Source: an uncultured Mollicutes bacterium (GTDB taxonomy: Bacteria > Bacillota_I > Bacilli_A > RFN20 > CAG-826). From it: a stretch of DNA of 64,000 nt. Below are positions 40,954-51,034 of the stretch, one piece after another. The notes below the pieces were generated by a model that saw only the letters and a list, made by a program, of their open reading frames with translations, did no database searches and was not told the DNA's origin. The DNA lies in the NCBI GenBank assembly GCA_900545015.1, contig UQXJ01000005.1, positions 2,668 through 66,667 of the forward strand. Reading direction: 5' to 3'. The position numbers and the translations under genes were made by a program. The first letter of the stretch is position 1, and every line of letters starts with the position of its first letter.

Positions 40954-41833
40954 AATTAATGATGTAATTGGAGAAAGATATAAAGTTATTAGTGAATTAG
41001 GGCATGGTGGAATGAGCGATGTTTATGAAGCTCGTGATATAATTTTTCGTAGAAATGTCGCTATTAAGATGATAAAGCCTGAAAATGCTAGAAAGATGGA
41101 AAACTTAATCCGCTTTCAAAACGAAGCAAGATTCAGTGCTGCATTCAATCACCCTAATATAGTAAAAATATATGATTATGGAATTCACGGTAATCTTTTA
41201 TATATTGTTAACGAAGTAGTTAAAGGCCAAACTTTAAGAGAAGTTTTAGATTATAAAAGAAATTTTTCAATTAATGAAGCCTGTTCAATAATGTTACAAC
41301 TTTGTGATGCAATGATTTGCGTACATTCAAAAAACATTGTTCATAGAGATATAAAACCATTAAATATTTTTTATTCAAATGATGGAGTTGTTAGACTTGG
41401 TGATTTTGGAATTTCTGTTTTATTAAATTCGAATATAAATATTAATGAATCAAAAAAGGTAATGGGGACTGTTCAATATTTGGCACCAGAACTCGTATTA
41501 GGAAAAGGTGCAAGTTTCCAAAGTGATATTTATGCTATGGGAATAACTTTTTTCGAACTTTTAACTGGGCGAGTTCCTTTTGATGAAAAGGATTTAAGCA
41601 AAGTTGCTCTTATGCAAATAAATGAACCAATGCCATCTCCATTAAAAGTCATCCCAACGCTTCCTAAAGAAGCAGAGTATATTATTTTTAAAGCAACAAA
41701 AAAAGATCTAAATGAAAGGTATAAAACAGTTCAAGAAATGCGAAATGACATATTATCTTTATATAAGGATAAGAAAATAATGAAAAAGAGAGATAGTTTC
41801 TTTGCTCGTATTTTTGGATTTAGTAAAAATTAG
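40946..41833 (+). CDS. Hanks-type Ser/Thr protein kinase, kinase domain only (no TM or PASTA region)
   Basis: GHGGMSDVY...VAIKM. HRDIKPLNIF. DFGIS. GTVQYLAPE. The ORF ends after 295 aa. Confidence 0.85.
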   Translation: MIRINDVIGERYKVISELGHGGMSDVYEARDIIFRRNVAIKMIKPENARKMENLIRFQNEARFSAAFNHPNIVKIYDYGIHGNLLYIVNEVVKGQTLREVLDYKRNFSINEACSIMLQLCDAMICVHSKNIVHRDIKPLNIFYSNDGVVRLGDFGISVLLNSNININESKKVMGTVQYLAPELVLGKGASFQSDIYAMGITFFELLTGRVPFDEKDLSKVALMQINEPMPSPLKVIPTLPKEAEYIIFKATKKDLNERYKTVQEMRNDILSLYKDKKIMKKRDSFFARIFGFSKN

Positions 41834-41842
41834 GAATTATTT

Positions 41843-42502
41843 ATGAATCAAATTATTATTTCACCATCAATTTTAAGTGCTGATTTCCTTAATTTAGGAA
41901 ACGACATATTAAAAGCAAAAGAAGCTGGAGCTGAATTTATCCATATTGATGTTATGGATGGCGTTTTTGTTAATAATATTTCTATCGGATTGCCTGTTTT
42001 AAAATGTATTGATCATAAATTTAATCTCGTTAACGATGTTCACCTTATGATTGTTAATCCTTTAAAATATGTTCAAGACTTTATTGATGCTGGTGCTGAC
42101 TATATTACTTTTCATTATGAAGCTGTAAATGAAAAAGGGGATATAGATAAAATTATTGATATTATTCATAAACAAAATAAAAAAGTTGGAATATCTATTA
42201 AACCAAATACAAAAGTTGAAGTTCTTTTACCTTATTTAAATAAAATAGACCTTGTTCTTGTTATGAGCGTTGAACCAGGATTTGGTGGACAAAAATTTAT
42301 TGAGACAAGTTTAGACAAAATTGACTATCTTTCTTCATTTAAAAAGGATAATCATTTAAAATATCTTATAGAAGTAGATGGGGGAATAAACGAAGACACA
42401 GCAAAACTTTGTGTTAAGGCTGGTGCTGATGTCTTAGTTGCTGGAAGTTATCTTTATAAAAGTAAAGATATGAAAGAGAGCTTAGAAAAACTCAGAGGTT
42501 AA
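41843..42502 (+). CDS. rpe: Ribulose-phosphate 3-epimerase
   Basis: SPSILSADF. HIDVMDG.FV.N. MSVEPGFGGQKF. VDGGIN. Confidence 0.9.
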   Translation: MNQIIISPSILSADFLNLGNDILKAKEAGAEFIHIDVMDGVFVNNISIGLPVLKCIDHKFNLVNDVHLMIVNPLKYVQDFIDAGADYITFHYEAVNEKGDIDKIIDIIHKQNKKVGISIKPNTKVEVLLPYLNKIDLVLVMSVEPGFGGQKFIETSLDKIDYLSSFKKDNHLKYLIEVDGGINEDTAKLCVKAGADVLVAGSYLYKSKDMKESLEKLRG

Positions 42503-42505
42503 ATT

Positions 42506-43189
42506 ATGCATGGTATTATTTTTCTTAGTTTGATTGCTTGCGCTTGTATAGCGCTAGTTATAAATTCTTATATCGATATTAATGCATTTAATAGAACGGG
42601 GAGTAAGAAATTTAATTTCTTAACTTATTTTCCTTTTGAATTAACACAAAGCAAGAAAACAATTGCTAATAAATTACCATATATTTTCTTTGAATCATTA
42701 GGTTTAATTTTATTATCAAGTGCTAGCCTTATTTTTTCTCTTGCCACAAAAGAAGCGAACGGAGCTTTTGTTACATCAATTTTCTTTTTTGCTTTTAATT
42801 TATTGTTCTGTCTTACATTTATTGCACTTAAATTTATAAAACTTTCAAACTTTAAATTACATTGTGCTTTTGCAACTGCAGAAGTTTGCTTCGCTTTACT
42901 TATAAACTTCTTATATGCATTTTATTTTAGTTCACAATCATTTGCTTTTATTAATAAAATGCCAAGTGATGCAATAAGATACAGTTGCTTCGCTGTTTCC
43001 TTTTTATTAATAATTGCTGAGTTTGCTTTAATTCTTAATCCATCAGCTAAAGGATGGCTAAGAATGGTAAAAATTGATGCTGAAACATTTAATAGACCAA
43101 AACATTGCTATTTAGCAATTGTTGAATGGGGTACATTATTAGTATATTTCTTAAGCTTTATTCCTTTAATTATTGTATTTTTCTTCTAA
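42506..43189 (+). CDS. Polytopic membrane protein of unknown function
   Basis: 227 aa with about 6 hydrophobic segments. No recognisable motif. Confidence 0.45.
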   Translation: MHGIIFLSLIACACIALVINSYIDINAFNRTGSKKFNFLTYFPFELTQSKKTIANKLPYIFFESLGLILLSSASLIFSLATKEANGAFVTSIFFFAFNLLFCLTFIALKFIKLSNFKLHCAFATAEVCFALLINFLYAFYFSSQSFAFINKMPSDAIRYSCFAVSFLLIIAEFALILNPSAKGWLRMVKIDAETFNRPKHCYLAIVEWGTLLVYFLSFIPLIIVFFF

Positions 43190-43210
43190 TAAATAAAAAA
43201 AGATAAACAA

Positions 43211-43240
43211 AAAGAGCTATCTATTCGGATAGCTCTTTTA
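43211..43240. terminator. Bidirectional rho-independent terminator
   Basis: Perfect 11-bp stem AAAGAGCTATC (43211-43221) / GATAGCTCTTT (43228-43238) with a 6-nt loop, flanked by an A-run and a T-run, between convergent genes. Confidence 0.75.
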
Positions 43241-43241
43241 A

Positions 43242-43436
43242 TTAGTTTGATTTTAATGATTTGTTGAGGGTACGATAAGCACGAGCGCTCATTCTTACTT
43301 TACAAATTTGACCATCAATTTCAACTCTGTATGTATGTAAATTAACATCCCATCTTCTTCTTGTAGCCCTTAATGAGTGGGAACGTCTATTTCCGCTAAT
43401 AGGTCTTTTTCCTGTTACTGGACATATTCTTGACAT
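43242..43436 (-). CDS. rpmB: 50S ribosomal protein L28
   Basis: MSRICPVTGKRPISGNRRSHSLRATRRRWDVNL is the canonical L28 N-terminus. AGGAGG-type RBS on the minus strand. Confidence 0.9.
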   Translation of the reverse strand: MSRICPVTGKRPISGNRRSHSLRATRRRWDVNLHTYRVEIDGQICKVRMSARAYRTLNKSLKSN

Positions 43437-43693
43437 ATTCGTTTCCTCCTTTCAAATCACGTGCTATTAATATTATCATAAAACAATATTTGATGTAAAG
43501 CGATTTTTATATAAGAAAATTTCTTATTTTGACAAACAAAATATTCCAAAAAATAACGACAATAATATTTTTAAAAAAATAATTACTTTTTTTCAAAAAT
43601 TTTTAAATTCTATACGTCGTACTTAATGAAGGAGGTTATTTATGACATAAAACTTTGCTATCTAAAATATATTTATTTTATTAAATGTAAAAA

Positions 43694-44179
43694 TTAAAGT
43701 TTAACTCCAGGAAATCTTCCATGAAATTCTTCCCTAGTAATTAAATTATTCGAATATTTATGAACATATTCTAAGACTTTTCCTTCTTTATCAAGAATTA
43801 AAAATCTTGCTATGCCCTTATCTGTATAAAATAAAAGAGTGTTATGCTTTTTGGTATATTCTTCATCAATATAAAGAATCTCATCATATTTATAAACCAT
43901 GTCTTTGTTAAAGCGATGATGACGCAACTCTTGATTGCTTAATATGTAGTAACTTTCTTTCGATAAAATAAAATATGAGATAATCGAAATGACAAGCCAA
44001 GCGGCAACCGAGACTACATCTTGCGTTATATAAACATTGAGGTCTTTAGGATCTTTGTAAGCCCAAGCAAAACGACTTGAAAACACAGCATAAATTATTA
44101 CGAGAAGTATTAACGAATATGCAATAAAAGTTTTCATTAATGATTTCTTACTAGGATAGACTTTAGTTTCTTTACTCAT
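43694..44179 (-). CDS. Two-TM membrane protein with a small cytoplasmic domain, unknown function
   Basis: 161 aa with two hydrophobic helices followed by about 90 soluble residues. Confidence 0.45.
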   Translation of the reverse strand: MSKETKVYPSKKSLMKTFIAYSLILLVIIYAVFSSRFAWAYKDPKDLNVYITQDVVSVAAWLVISIISYFILSKESYYILSNQELRHHRFNKDMVYKYDEILYIDEEYTKKHNTLLFYTDKGIARFLILDKEGKVLEYVHKYSNNLITREEFHGRFPGVKL

Positions 44180-44408
44180 GTGTTAATTATACTGAAAATT
44201 GGAATTTTAGTTTAGAAAAATTTCTTCTTTTAAGCAACGCAATTGCAGTCTTATTTTTTGAGCTTAAATTTGGTTTAAAAAATAATGCCAATTATAGTGT
44301 TCGATATCAAAAAGCGTTTAAAAGTTTTACTTTTTTGATTTTTTATCATTAAAATATATTAAATTTTATCATGAAAATATGTTAAAAAATTAATGCGATT
44401 TATTATTA

Positions 44409-45857
44409 ATGAATGATATAATTAAAGAGTTAAAAATTATGAACTTATTTGATATTATTCCAGAGAATTATTTTGGTCTATTTGCAGGGAAAAATAGATC
44501 AATTTATATCGAAAGCTTACTAGTACTTTATGACTTACTAGAATCAGATGAAACTCTAATTTCAAAAAATGATTTTATAAAAGCATTAAAAGAGAAAAGT
44601 GACGACATCGATAAGTTTTCATATGCGGATGAAGACTTTGAAACTACAGGAGATGAGGCATTACTTTTAAACACAATAAATGCGAAAGCAACTTTTATTG
44701 TTAACAGACTTGAAGAAACTGGTTGGATCGATATAGCAATGAATCCCGACACTTTTGAAGAAACGATTGTATTACCACAATACTCAATTTTAATTTTAAA
44801 AGCTTTTAGAGATATCATCAGTGATGAAGAATCACCTTATATTAGTTTAGTCCACTCTACATATAGTGAACTTAAACTCGAAGATGAAGAACAAGATGAA
44901 TTAATGTTTGTTACATTACTTAGAAGCTTTGAAAATACAAAGAAATTGAAAGTCGAGTTAATTACTGTAACTCACTCAATTAGAATTTTCCAAACAAAAC
45001 TTTCTAAACTTTTTGATACTAACAAAGTATTACATGATTATTTTGATGTTTATAAAAAGAAAATTAGCGACAGATATTATCATCCTTTAAAAACTTTTGA
45101 TAGTGTTGCTCGTTTTAAACGACCAATTATTAAAATTTTAGACAAATGGTTAAATACAAAAGAAATTAGAGAGAAACTTGTTGTCCAAGCAAGTTTATCA
45201 ATGGGCATTAACGATAAAAAAGAAATAGAAAAAGAAATTATTAGTAAAATTAACTTTATCACTGATACTTATGAGAGATTGAACGCTATTATTGCTGATA
45301 TTGATAAAGAAAATAATGCTTATACAAGAAGCAGTACTAATAAAATTCTTTATCTTAATAATAACGATAAAACTATTAAAGGTTACCTTGAAGATATTCT
45401 TAAAACTTATGCTAAGAATACTAACAATACAAGAATGCTTTCTAAGATTTTAAGCAAAATGCAAGATTCCATTTATTTTTATGAACAAGGATACATTGAT
45501 CCAACGAGCGTAACTCTACCAATACTTAGAAGACTTCGTGAAGATAGTGACCCATTAGCGTTAGTTTCATTTGATGATGCAGCTGACTTAATGATGTCTG
45601 GATTCCTTGAAGAAACAAAAGGTATATTTACTGATGATAAAGTTTATGGATTTATGCATGAAGCATTCCAAGGAAGAGAGAAGATTGGAATAGAAGATGT
45701 ACCGCTTTCTAATTTTGATGCATTTATTTGCTTAATTCTTGCGGTCATCAAAAAAGATGATGAACATTGCTTCTATAAAGTTGAAGAAATTGACAAAACA
45801 AAAGTTCATACGCAAGGGTATATCGTTCCAAACTTTGTTTTTACGATAAAGGAGTAA
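44409..45857 (+). CDS. JetA/MksF-like (kleisin-type) subunit candidate of a Wadjet/MksBEF-like complex
   Basis: Called mainly from size (482 aa) and its position as first gene of a three-gene unit with a DUF4194-like protein and an SMC-like ATPase. The start may be ATG 44439. Confidence 0.5.
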   Translation: MNDIIKELKIMNLFDIIPENYFGLFAGKNRSIYIESLLVLYDLLESDETLISKNDFIKALKEKSDDIDKFSYADEDFETTGDEALLLNTINAKATFIVNRLEETGWIDIAMNPDTFEETIVLPQYSILILKAFRDIISDEESPYISLVHSTYSELKLEDEEQDELMFVTLLRSFENTKKLKVELITVTHSIRIFQTKLSKLFDTNKVLHDYFDVYKKKISDRYYHPLKTFDSVARFKRPIIKILDKWLNTKEIREKLVVQASLSMGINDKKEIEKEIISKINFITDTYERLNAIIADIDKENNAYTRSSTNKILYLNNNDKTIKGYLEDILKTYAKNTNNTRMLSKILSKMQDSIYFYEQGYIDPTSVTLPILRRLREDSDPLALVSFDDAADLMMSGFLEETKGIFTDDKVYGFMHEAFQGREKIGIEDVPLSNFDAFICLILAVIKKDDEHCFYKVEEIDKTKVHTQGYIVPNFVFTIKE

Positions 45858-45863
45858 TATATT

Positions 45864-46505
45864 ATGTTTAGTGAAGATTATTTAAAGATTCCTCAAGCAG
45901 ATAAGAATGAATTCGGTTCTGTTGTTAATACTTTATTACTCAAAGGATTTATAGTAAGAGATATCTATGATAGTAAAGAAAAAGTAATGAAGACAAATCC
46001 TGATTATAGATTTCTTGAAAGATATTTTGACTTAGTAAATGATTATTTAAAATTTAGTGGTTGGAATATCGAAAAAGATGTAATTCTTGGAGTTATTGCT
46101 TTAAGCAATTTTTATACAGAAAATCGTATTAAAATTGATAGAGAAACAAGCTTAGTTTTATTTGCTTTAAGATTAATTTATGAAAATGAAAAAGGTGCAA
46201 GTAATTCTAGCAATCAAGCTATTTACATTACTACACCCGGGCTTCTTAACATCATGATTGAGGATGGTGTTACTATGCCAGGCAGAAAAATGAATGGCCG
46301 TTCACTTGCTCGCGCACTTCGCTTTTTAGCAAATCACAATATTATTACAAAAGTTAGTGGAAACTATGATGATGGAAATGTTTCTTTCTACATCTTACCT
46401 TCAATTGTATATGCTCTTGATAATGATAGAATCGTTGCAATGAGTGAAGCATTAAAGGAATTAAATGAAAAATATAACAACTCTCAACAAGGAGGGCTCT
46501 TTTAA
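45864..46505 (+). CDS. jetB: JetB/MksE-like (DUF4194-type) subunit
   Basis: 213 aa. AAGGAG RBS. N-terminal pattern VVNTLLLKGFIVRDI...YRFLERYFDLVNDYLKFSGWNIEKD is consistent with DUF4194 as I recall it. Its stop overlaps the next start. Confidence 0.6.
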   Translation: MFSEDYLKIPQADKNEFGSVVNTLLLKGFIVRDIYDSKEKVMKTNPDYRFLERYFDLVNDYLKFSGWNIEKDVILGVIALSNFYTENRIKIDRETSLVLFALRLIYENEKGASNSSNQAIYITTPGLLNIMIEDGVTMPGRKMNGRSLARALRFLANHNIITKVSGNYDDGNVSFYILPSIVYALDNDRIVAMSEALKELNEKYNNSQQGGLF

Positions 46506-49500
46506 TGAAACAATTAACAAAAATTAGAATTATAAATTGGCATTATTTTTGGGATGAAACTATCGACGTTAGGCCAATTGTATTTTTAACAGGTGTTAAC
46601 GGTAGTGGTAAGTCAACATTAATCGATGCTTTACAAATCGTTTTATTAGGTGACACAAGTGGCAGATCATTCAATAAAGCTGCTATGGAAAAGTCAAACA
46701 GAACATTAAAAGGCTATTTACGTGGTGAACTTGGTGATACTGAAGATGGTGGATTTAAATATTTAAGAAATGGAAGATTTACTTCATATATTGTTCTTGA
46801 ATTTTATGATGATTTAAATAAAAACTCATTCTTAATGGGTATAGTATTTGATAGTTATGACGATGGAAGTGAAGATCATCATTTCTTTACAGTCGAAGGA
46901 GCTATGCCTGTTAATAATTTTGTTGAAAACAATGTGCCTCTTGATTATAAGAGACTTGCTGCATTCTTTAACGAAAATTATCCAAAATCATTTACGTTCT
47001 TTGATTCAAATAAACAATATCAAGAATTTTTAAAGAAGAAATTTGGTGGATTAAAAGATAGATACTTCTCATTGTTTAAGAAAGCTACATCATTTGCTCC
47101 AATTGCAGATGTTCCTTCCTTTATTACAGATTATGTTTGTGAACCTCAACCAAATATTGTTTTAGATAAATTACAAGACAATATTCTTCAATATAAGAGA
47201 CTTGAAAATGAAGCCTTAAATATCGAGAAGAGAGTTAGAAGACTTGAAGACATTCAAAAAGAATACAATGTCTATGCTGCTAATCTTGAAAATTTAAAAA
47301 TTTCTCAATATATTCTTGAAAAGTGTCAACTTGAACAAGCATATGCAAAATTACGTTCCTACAATAATGCTATTGAAAGAAACAATGCAAGAATTGAAGA
47401 AATTGATGTTGAACTTGAAGACTTCAAGAGTAGTCTTGAAGAACTTGAAGTTAAAAAAACAAGATTAATTGGCGATAGAGCAAGCAACGACTCTGAACGT
47501 ATCGCTTTAACTTTAAAAGAAGAAAAGAGAAACGTTGAAACAAAAATTAATGAAATTAATAGAAATATTGAAATTGTAAAAGACAATTTAAGTTCTTATA
47601 CAAATAACTTTTATCAAGCAGCTTCAAAATTATTAGATGATGCAAAGGATATTGATTACTCTTTATTAGGTGCTGATCTTGAAGAAGACTTTAACATCGC
47701 AGAAGAATATGCAAGAAAAGTTAAAAATAGTTGTGAAAGATTTAAAGAAACATTCTTAGAAGATCTTTCAAAAATGACAAAGGAAGATTTATCAACTTTT
47801 AGAGATGATTTACTTTTATTCAAACAAACTATTTCTAAACTTGTTTATTCAGTAGGTATTTCTTCACAAAAAATTGAAAAAACTATTCGTGATTTAAGAA
47901 GTCAAGAAACTGAAATGAAAGGTGGTACTAAAACATATAGTACTGAATTAACAATTATCAAGCAAAGACTCGAATCAAAACTTGAAGAAACATTTAATAA
48001 AAAGATTCCTGTTTCAATTTTTGCTGATTTAATAGATATCGATGACTTAAGTTGGTCAAATGCAATTGAAGGACTTCTAAGTGCACAAAAATTTAATTTG
48101 TTTGTAGCGCCTAAATATTATGAAGATGCTTATAAAATCTTAAGAAATTTACTTAATGATTTTAATTTCTATGGTACTGCATTAGTTGATGAAGAAAAGA
48201 TTATTGATCGTAATCCAATATGCGAAAATGGTTCACTTGCTGAAGAAATTTCAACTAATCACGAAGGTGCTAGAGCTTATACTAATTTCTTATTAGGAAG
48301 AGTTCATAAATCAAAAGACATTGCGGAAGCTAGAGAGTCTGGAAATGGTATTACTAAAGAATGTGATCTTTATAGAAATTTCACACTTAGTAGACTTAAT
48401 CCTAAACTTTATAGAACAAGCTTTATTGGAAGAAATGTTGGTGATAGATTTTTACGTGAAAAGAGTGAACAACTTCAAAGCAATATCGAATTACTCAACA
48501 TTTATCATGGAATTTCATCTATATTAAATAATGCAAACTCTCTTGAAGTTATTACAACTACTGAAATTGATAACTCATTCAATTTATTAAAGAGAATTTC
48601 TGAATTATCAGGACTTATCAAAAACAAAGAATATATTGAAGGGGAATTGAAAGATAGTGGTTCTCCATTAACAAGTTCAATCGATAATAGAATTAAAGAT
48701 ATCGAAGCAGATATTAAATCTATTAGCGATTCTAGAGAAAGAATTATTCTTGAAAAAGGAAATCTTGTAAAAGATATTGAAAATATAAAAACTGATAAGA
48801 TTATTTCTGAACAAGCAAGCATTAAACAAATGGAAGATAATATTAACTCCCATTATGATCCTTTCTTGGTTAGTGATAAGGCTTTGCCTATTTATAATCA
48901 ACAAAGAGAAGAAGGAAAATCTAATCTCGAAATTTTATCCATGTTTAATGTTGAACAATCTCGATTAAATTACCAAGTAAATAGTCTTAAGAATTCAATT
49001 ATTAAATTAAGAAGAGACTATTGTAATGATTATCATCTTTCTTATGATGTAGAGAATCAGTCGAATGAAGTGTTTGAGGCAGAATTAACTGATTTTAGAG
49101 ATGTTAAATTACCTCAATATAGAGAAAAAATTCAAGATTCTTACGAAAAAGCAACAAAGCAATTTAAAGATGACTTTATCTTTAAATTAAGAGCAGCAAT
49201 CGAAGATGTTGAAGACCAAATTGAAAACTTAAATGGCGCATTAAAACAATCTTCTTTCGGAAAAGATCAATACGAATTTACTGTTAGACCTTCACAAGTT
49301 TATAAGAGATATTACGATATGCTCAAGGACGACTTAATCATTAATGGTGGTAAAGACGATACTGAGTTTATTACTAAATATAAAGATGTCATGGAAGACT
49401 TATTTAAACAAATTGTTGATGTCGGAAATGGCGATAAAAATGGTTTATTATTAGAAAACATCACTAAATTTACTGATTATAGAAGCTATTTAGATTTTGA

Positions 49501-49870
49501 TGTTATCGTGTATAATAAAGATACAGGTGATGTGAAACGACTTTCAAAAATGATGAGAAAAAATAGTGGTGGTGAAAACCAAACACCATTCTACATTTCA
49601 GTCTTAGCATCTTTTGCACAGTTATATCATGTCAATGATGAAGGAGAAATCGGCAACACAACTAGATTGATAATTTTCGATGAAGCATTCTCTAAGATGG
49701 ATAGAAACAGAATGACTGAAGCTGTTAAACTTTTAAGGAAATTTTCTTTACAGGTTATTCTCAGTGCACCATACGATAAAATTCCAGATATTTCACCTTT
49801 AGTAGATGAAACATTAATTGTGCTCCACGATAAAAATAAGAGTTGTGTGCGATTATTCGAAAAAGAGTAA
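46505..49870 (+). CDS. jetC: JetC/MksB-like SMC-family ATPase
   Basis: N-terminus IRIINWHYFWDETIDV...FLTGVNGSGKSTLIDALQIVLLGDTSGRSFNKAA...LKGYLRGE. About 700 aa of coiled coil. C-terminal signature SGGENQ and Walker B LIIFDEAFSKMD. Confidence 0.8.
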   Translation: MKQLTKIRIINWHYFWDETIDVRPIVFLTGVNGSGKSTLIDALQIVLLGDTSGRSFNKAAMEKSNRTLKGYLRGELGDTEDGGFKYLRNGRFTSYIVLEFYDDLNKNSFLMGIVFDSYDDGSEDHHFFTVEGAMPVNNFVENNVPLDYKRLAAFFNENYPKSFTFFDSNKQYQEFLKKKFGGLKDRYFSLFKKATSFAPIADVPSFITDYVCEPQPNIVLDKLQDNILQYKRLENEALNIEKRVRRLEDIQKEYNVYAANLENLKISQYILEKCQLEQAYAKLRSYNNAIERNNARIEEIDVELEDFKSSLEELEVKKTRLIGDRASNDSERIALTLKEEKRNVETKINEINRNIEIVKDNLSSYTNNFYQAASKLLDDAKDIDYSLLGADLEEDFNIAEEYARKVKNSCERFKETFLEDLSKMTKEDLSTFRDDLLLFKQTISKLVYSVGISSQKIEKTIRDLRSQETEMKGGTKTYSTELTIIKQRLESKLEETFNKKIPVSIFADLIDIDDLSWSNAIEGLLSAQKFNLFVAPKYYEDAYKILRNLLNDFNFYGTALVDEEKIIDRNPICENGSLAEEISTNHEGARAYTNFLLGRVHKSKDIAEARESGNGITKECDLYRNFTLSRLNPKLYRTSFIGRNVGDRFLREKSEQLQSNIELLNIYHGISSILNNANSLEVITTTEIDNSFNLLKRISELSGLIKNKEYIEGELKDSGSPLTSSIDNRIKDIEADIKSISDSRERIILEKGNLVKDIENIKTDKIISEQASIKQMEDNINSHYDPFLVSDKALPIYNQQREEGKSNLEILSMFNVEQSRLNYQVNSLKNSIIKLRRDYCNDYHLSYDVENQSNEVFEAELTDFRDVKLPQYREKIQDSYEKATKQFKDDFIFKLRAAIEDVEDQIENLNGALKQSSFGKDQYEFTVRPSQVYKRYYDMLKDDLIINGGKDDTEFITKYKDVMEDLFKQIVDVGNGDKNGLLLENITKFTDYRSYLDFDVIVYNKDTGDVKRLSKMMRKNSGGENQTPFYISVLASFAQLYHVNDEGEIGNTTRLIIFDEAFSKMDRNRMTEAVKLLRKFSLQVILSAPYDKIPDISPLVDETLIVLHDKNKSCVRLFEKE

Positions 49871-49897
49871 ATTGCATAACTAAAGAAGGGAGTAATT

Positions 49898-51034
49898 ATG
49901 ACAGGAAAAGTTGTTGCGATGATACTTGCAGGAGGTAAGGGAACCCGATTAAAAGCACTTACAAAAAAGATTGCTAAGCCTGCAGTGTATTTCGGAGGAA
50001 AATATAGAATCATTGATTTTTCTCTCTCAAACGTAGCAAATTCCGATATTAATGTATGTGGTGTCTTAACTCAATATGAGTCAGTTGCACTTAATAATTA
50101 TATTGGAAACGGTTCAGTATGGGGATTTGATGGAGTTAATGGAAAATGTTTACCATTACCACCACGTCAAACTGAAGAAGGTGCAAACTGGTATAAAGGA
50201 ACAGCTGATGCCATTTATCAAAACCTTGATTTTTTAGATGAAGAAGATCCTGATTACGTAGTTGTTTTAAGTGGTGATCATATCTATAAAACAACTTACA
50301 ATGACATGATTGATTTGCATATTAAAAATAATGCAACATGCACAATTAGTGTTATTGAAGTTCCATGGGAAGAAGCTTCTAGATTTGGAATTCTAGAAGT
50401 TGATGAAAAAGATAGAATTACTAAATTCGTTGAAAAACCTAAAAAACCATTATCAAATTTAGCAAGTATGGGCGTTTATGTATTTACATATAAAGATCTA
50501 AGAAAAGCTTTAATTGCTGATGCTAAAGATGAAAATAGCGCTCATGATTTTGGTGGAAATATTATTCCTAAATTCTTAAGTGATAATAAAAAACTTATGG
50601 CTTATAGATTCTCTGGATATTGGAGAGATGTTGGTACTTTAGATAGTTTACATAAAGCAAATCTTGAATTATTACCATCTCAAAGAAAAGAAGATACAAT
50701 TCGTTTTAATGAATATCCAAGAGTATTTAGCGAAGATACTCACTCAATGCCTCAATTTATCGGACCACACGCTGTTGTTAAAGATTCATTAATTAACCAA
50801 GGTTCAATTATTCTAGGCAAAGTTGTTGAATCTGTAATTTCTAATGAAGTTTATGTTGCAAAAGGTGCAGTTATTGAAAAATCAGTTTTAATGCCTGGCG
50901 TTAGAATTGGCGAAAACGCACATATACATAATGCAATTTTAGGACCAAATACACAAATTAAAGACAACGAAGTTATTAATGAAAATAGTGATGAAGTTGT
51001 CCTTATCGATTATGAAAGGAACCTTCAAAAATGA
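49898..51034 (+). CDS. glgC: Glucose-1-phosphate adenylyltransferase
   Basis: LAGGKGTRLKALTKKIAKPAVYFGGKYRIIDFSLSN. Left-handed beta-helix C-terminus. Confidence 0.9.
   Translation: MTGKVVAMILAGGKGTRLKALTKKIAKPAVYFGGKYRIIDFSLSNVANSDINVCGVLTQYESVALNNYIGNGSVWGFDGVNGKCLPLPPRQTEEGANWYKGTADAIYQNLDFLDEEDPDYVVVLSGDHIYKTTYNDMIDLHIKNNATCTISVIEVPWEEASRFGILEVDEKDRITKFVEKPKKPLSNLASMGVYVFTYKDLRKALIADAKDENSAHDFGGNIIPKFLSDNKKLMAYRFSGYWRDVGTLDSLHKANLELLPSQRKEDTIRFNEYPRVFSEDTHSMPQFIGPHAVVKDSLINQGSIILGKVVESVISNEVYVAKGAVIEKSVLMPGVRIGENAHIHNAILGPNTQIKDNEVINENSDEVVLIDYERNLQK

Noticed and set aside
43628-43650. Perfect GAAGGAGG RBS followed by a two-codon ORF (ATG ACA TAA) in the rpmB upstream intergenic region
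   Set aside because: It is too short to call a gene, sits on the strand opposite both neighbours, and could be a chance match or a remnant. A start-stop regulatory role cannot be supported from sequence alone.
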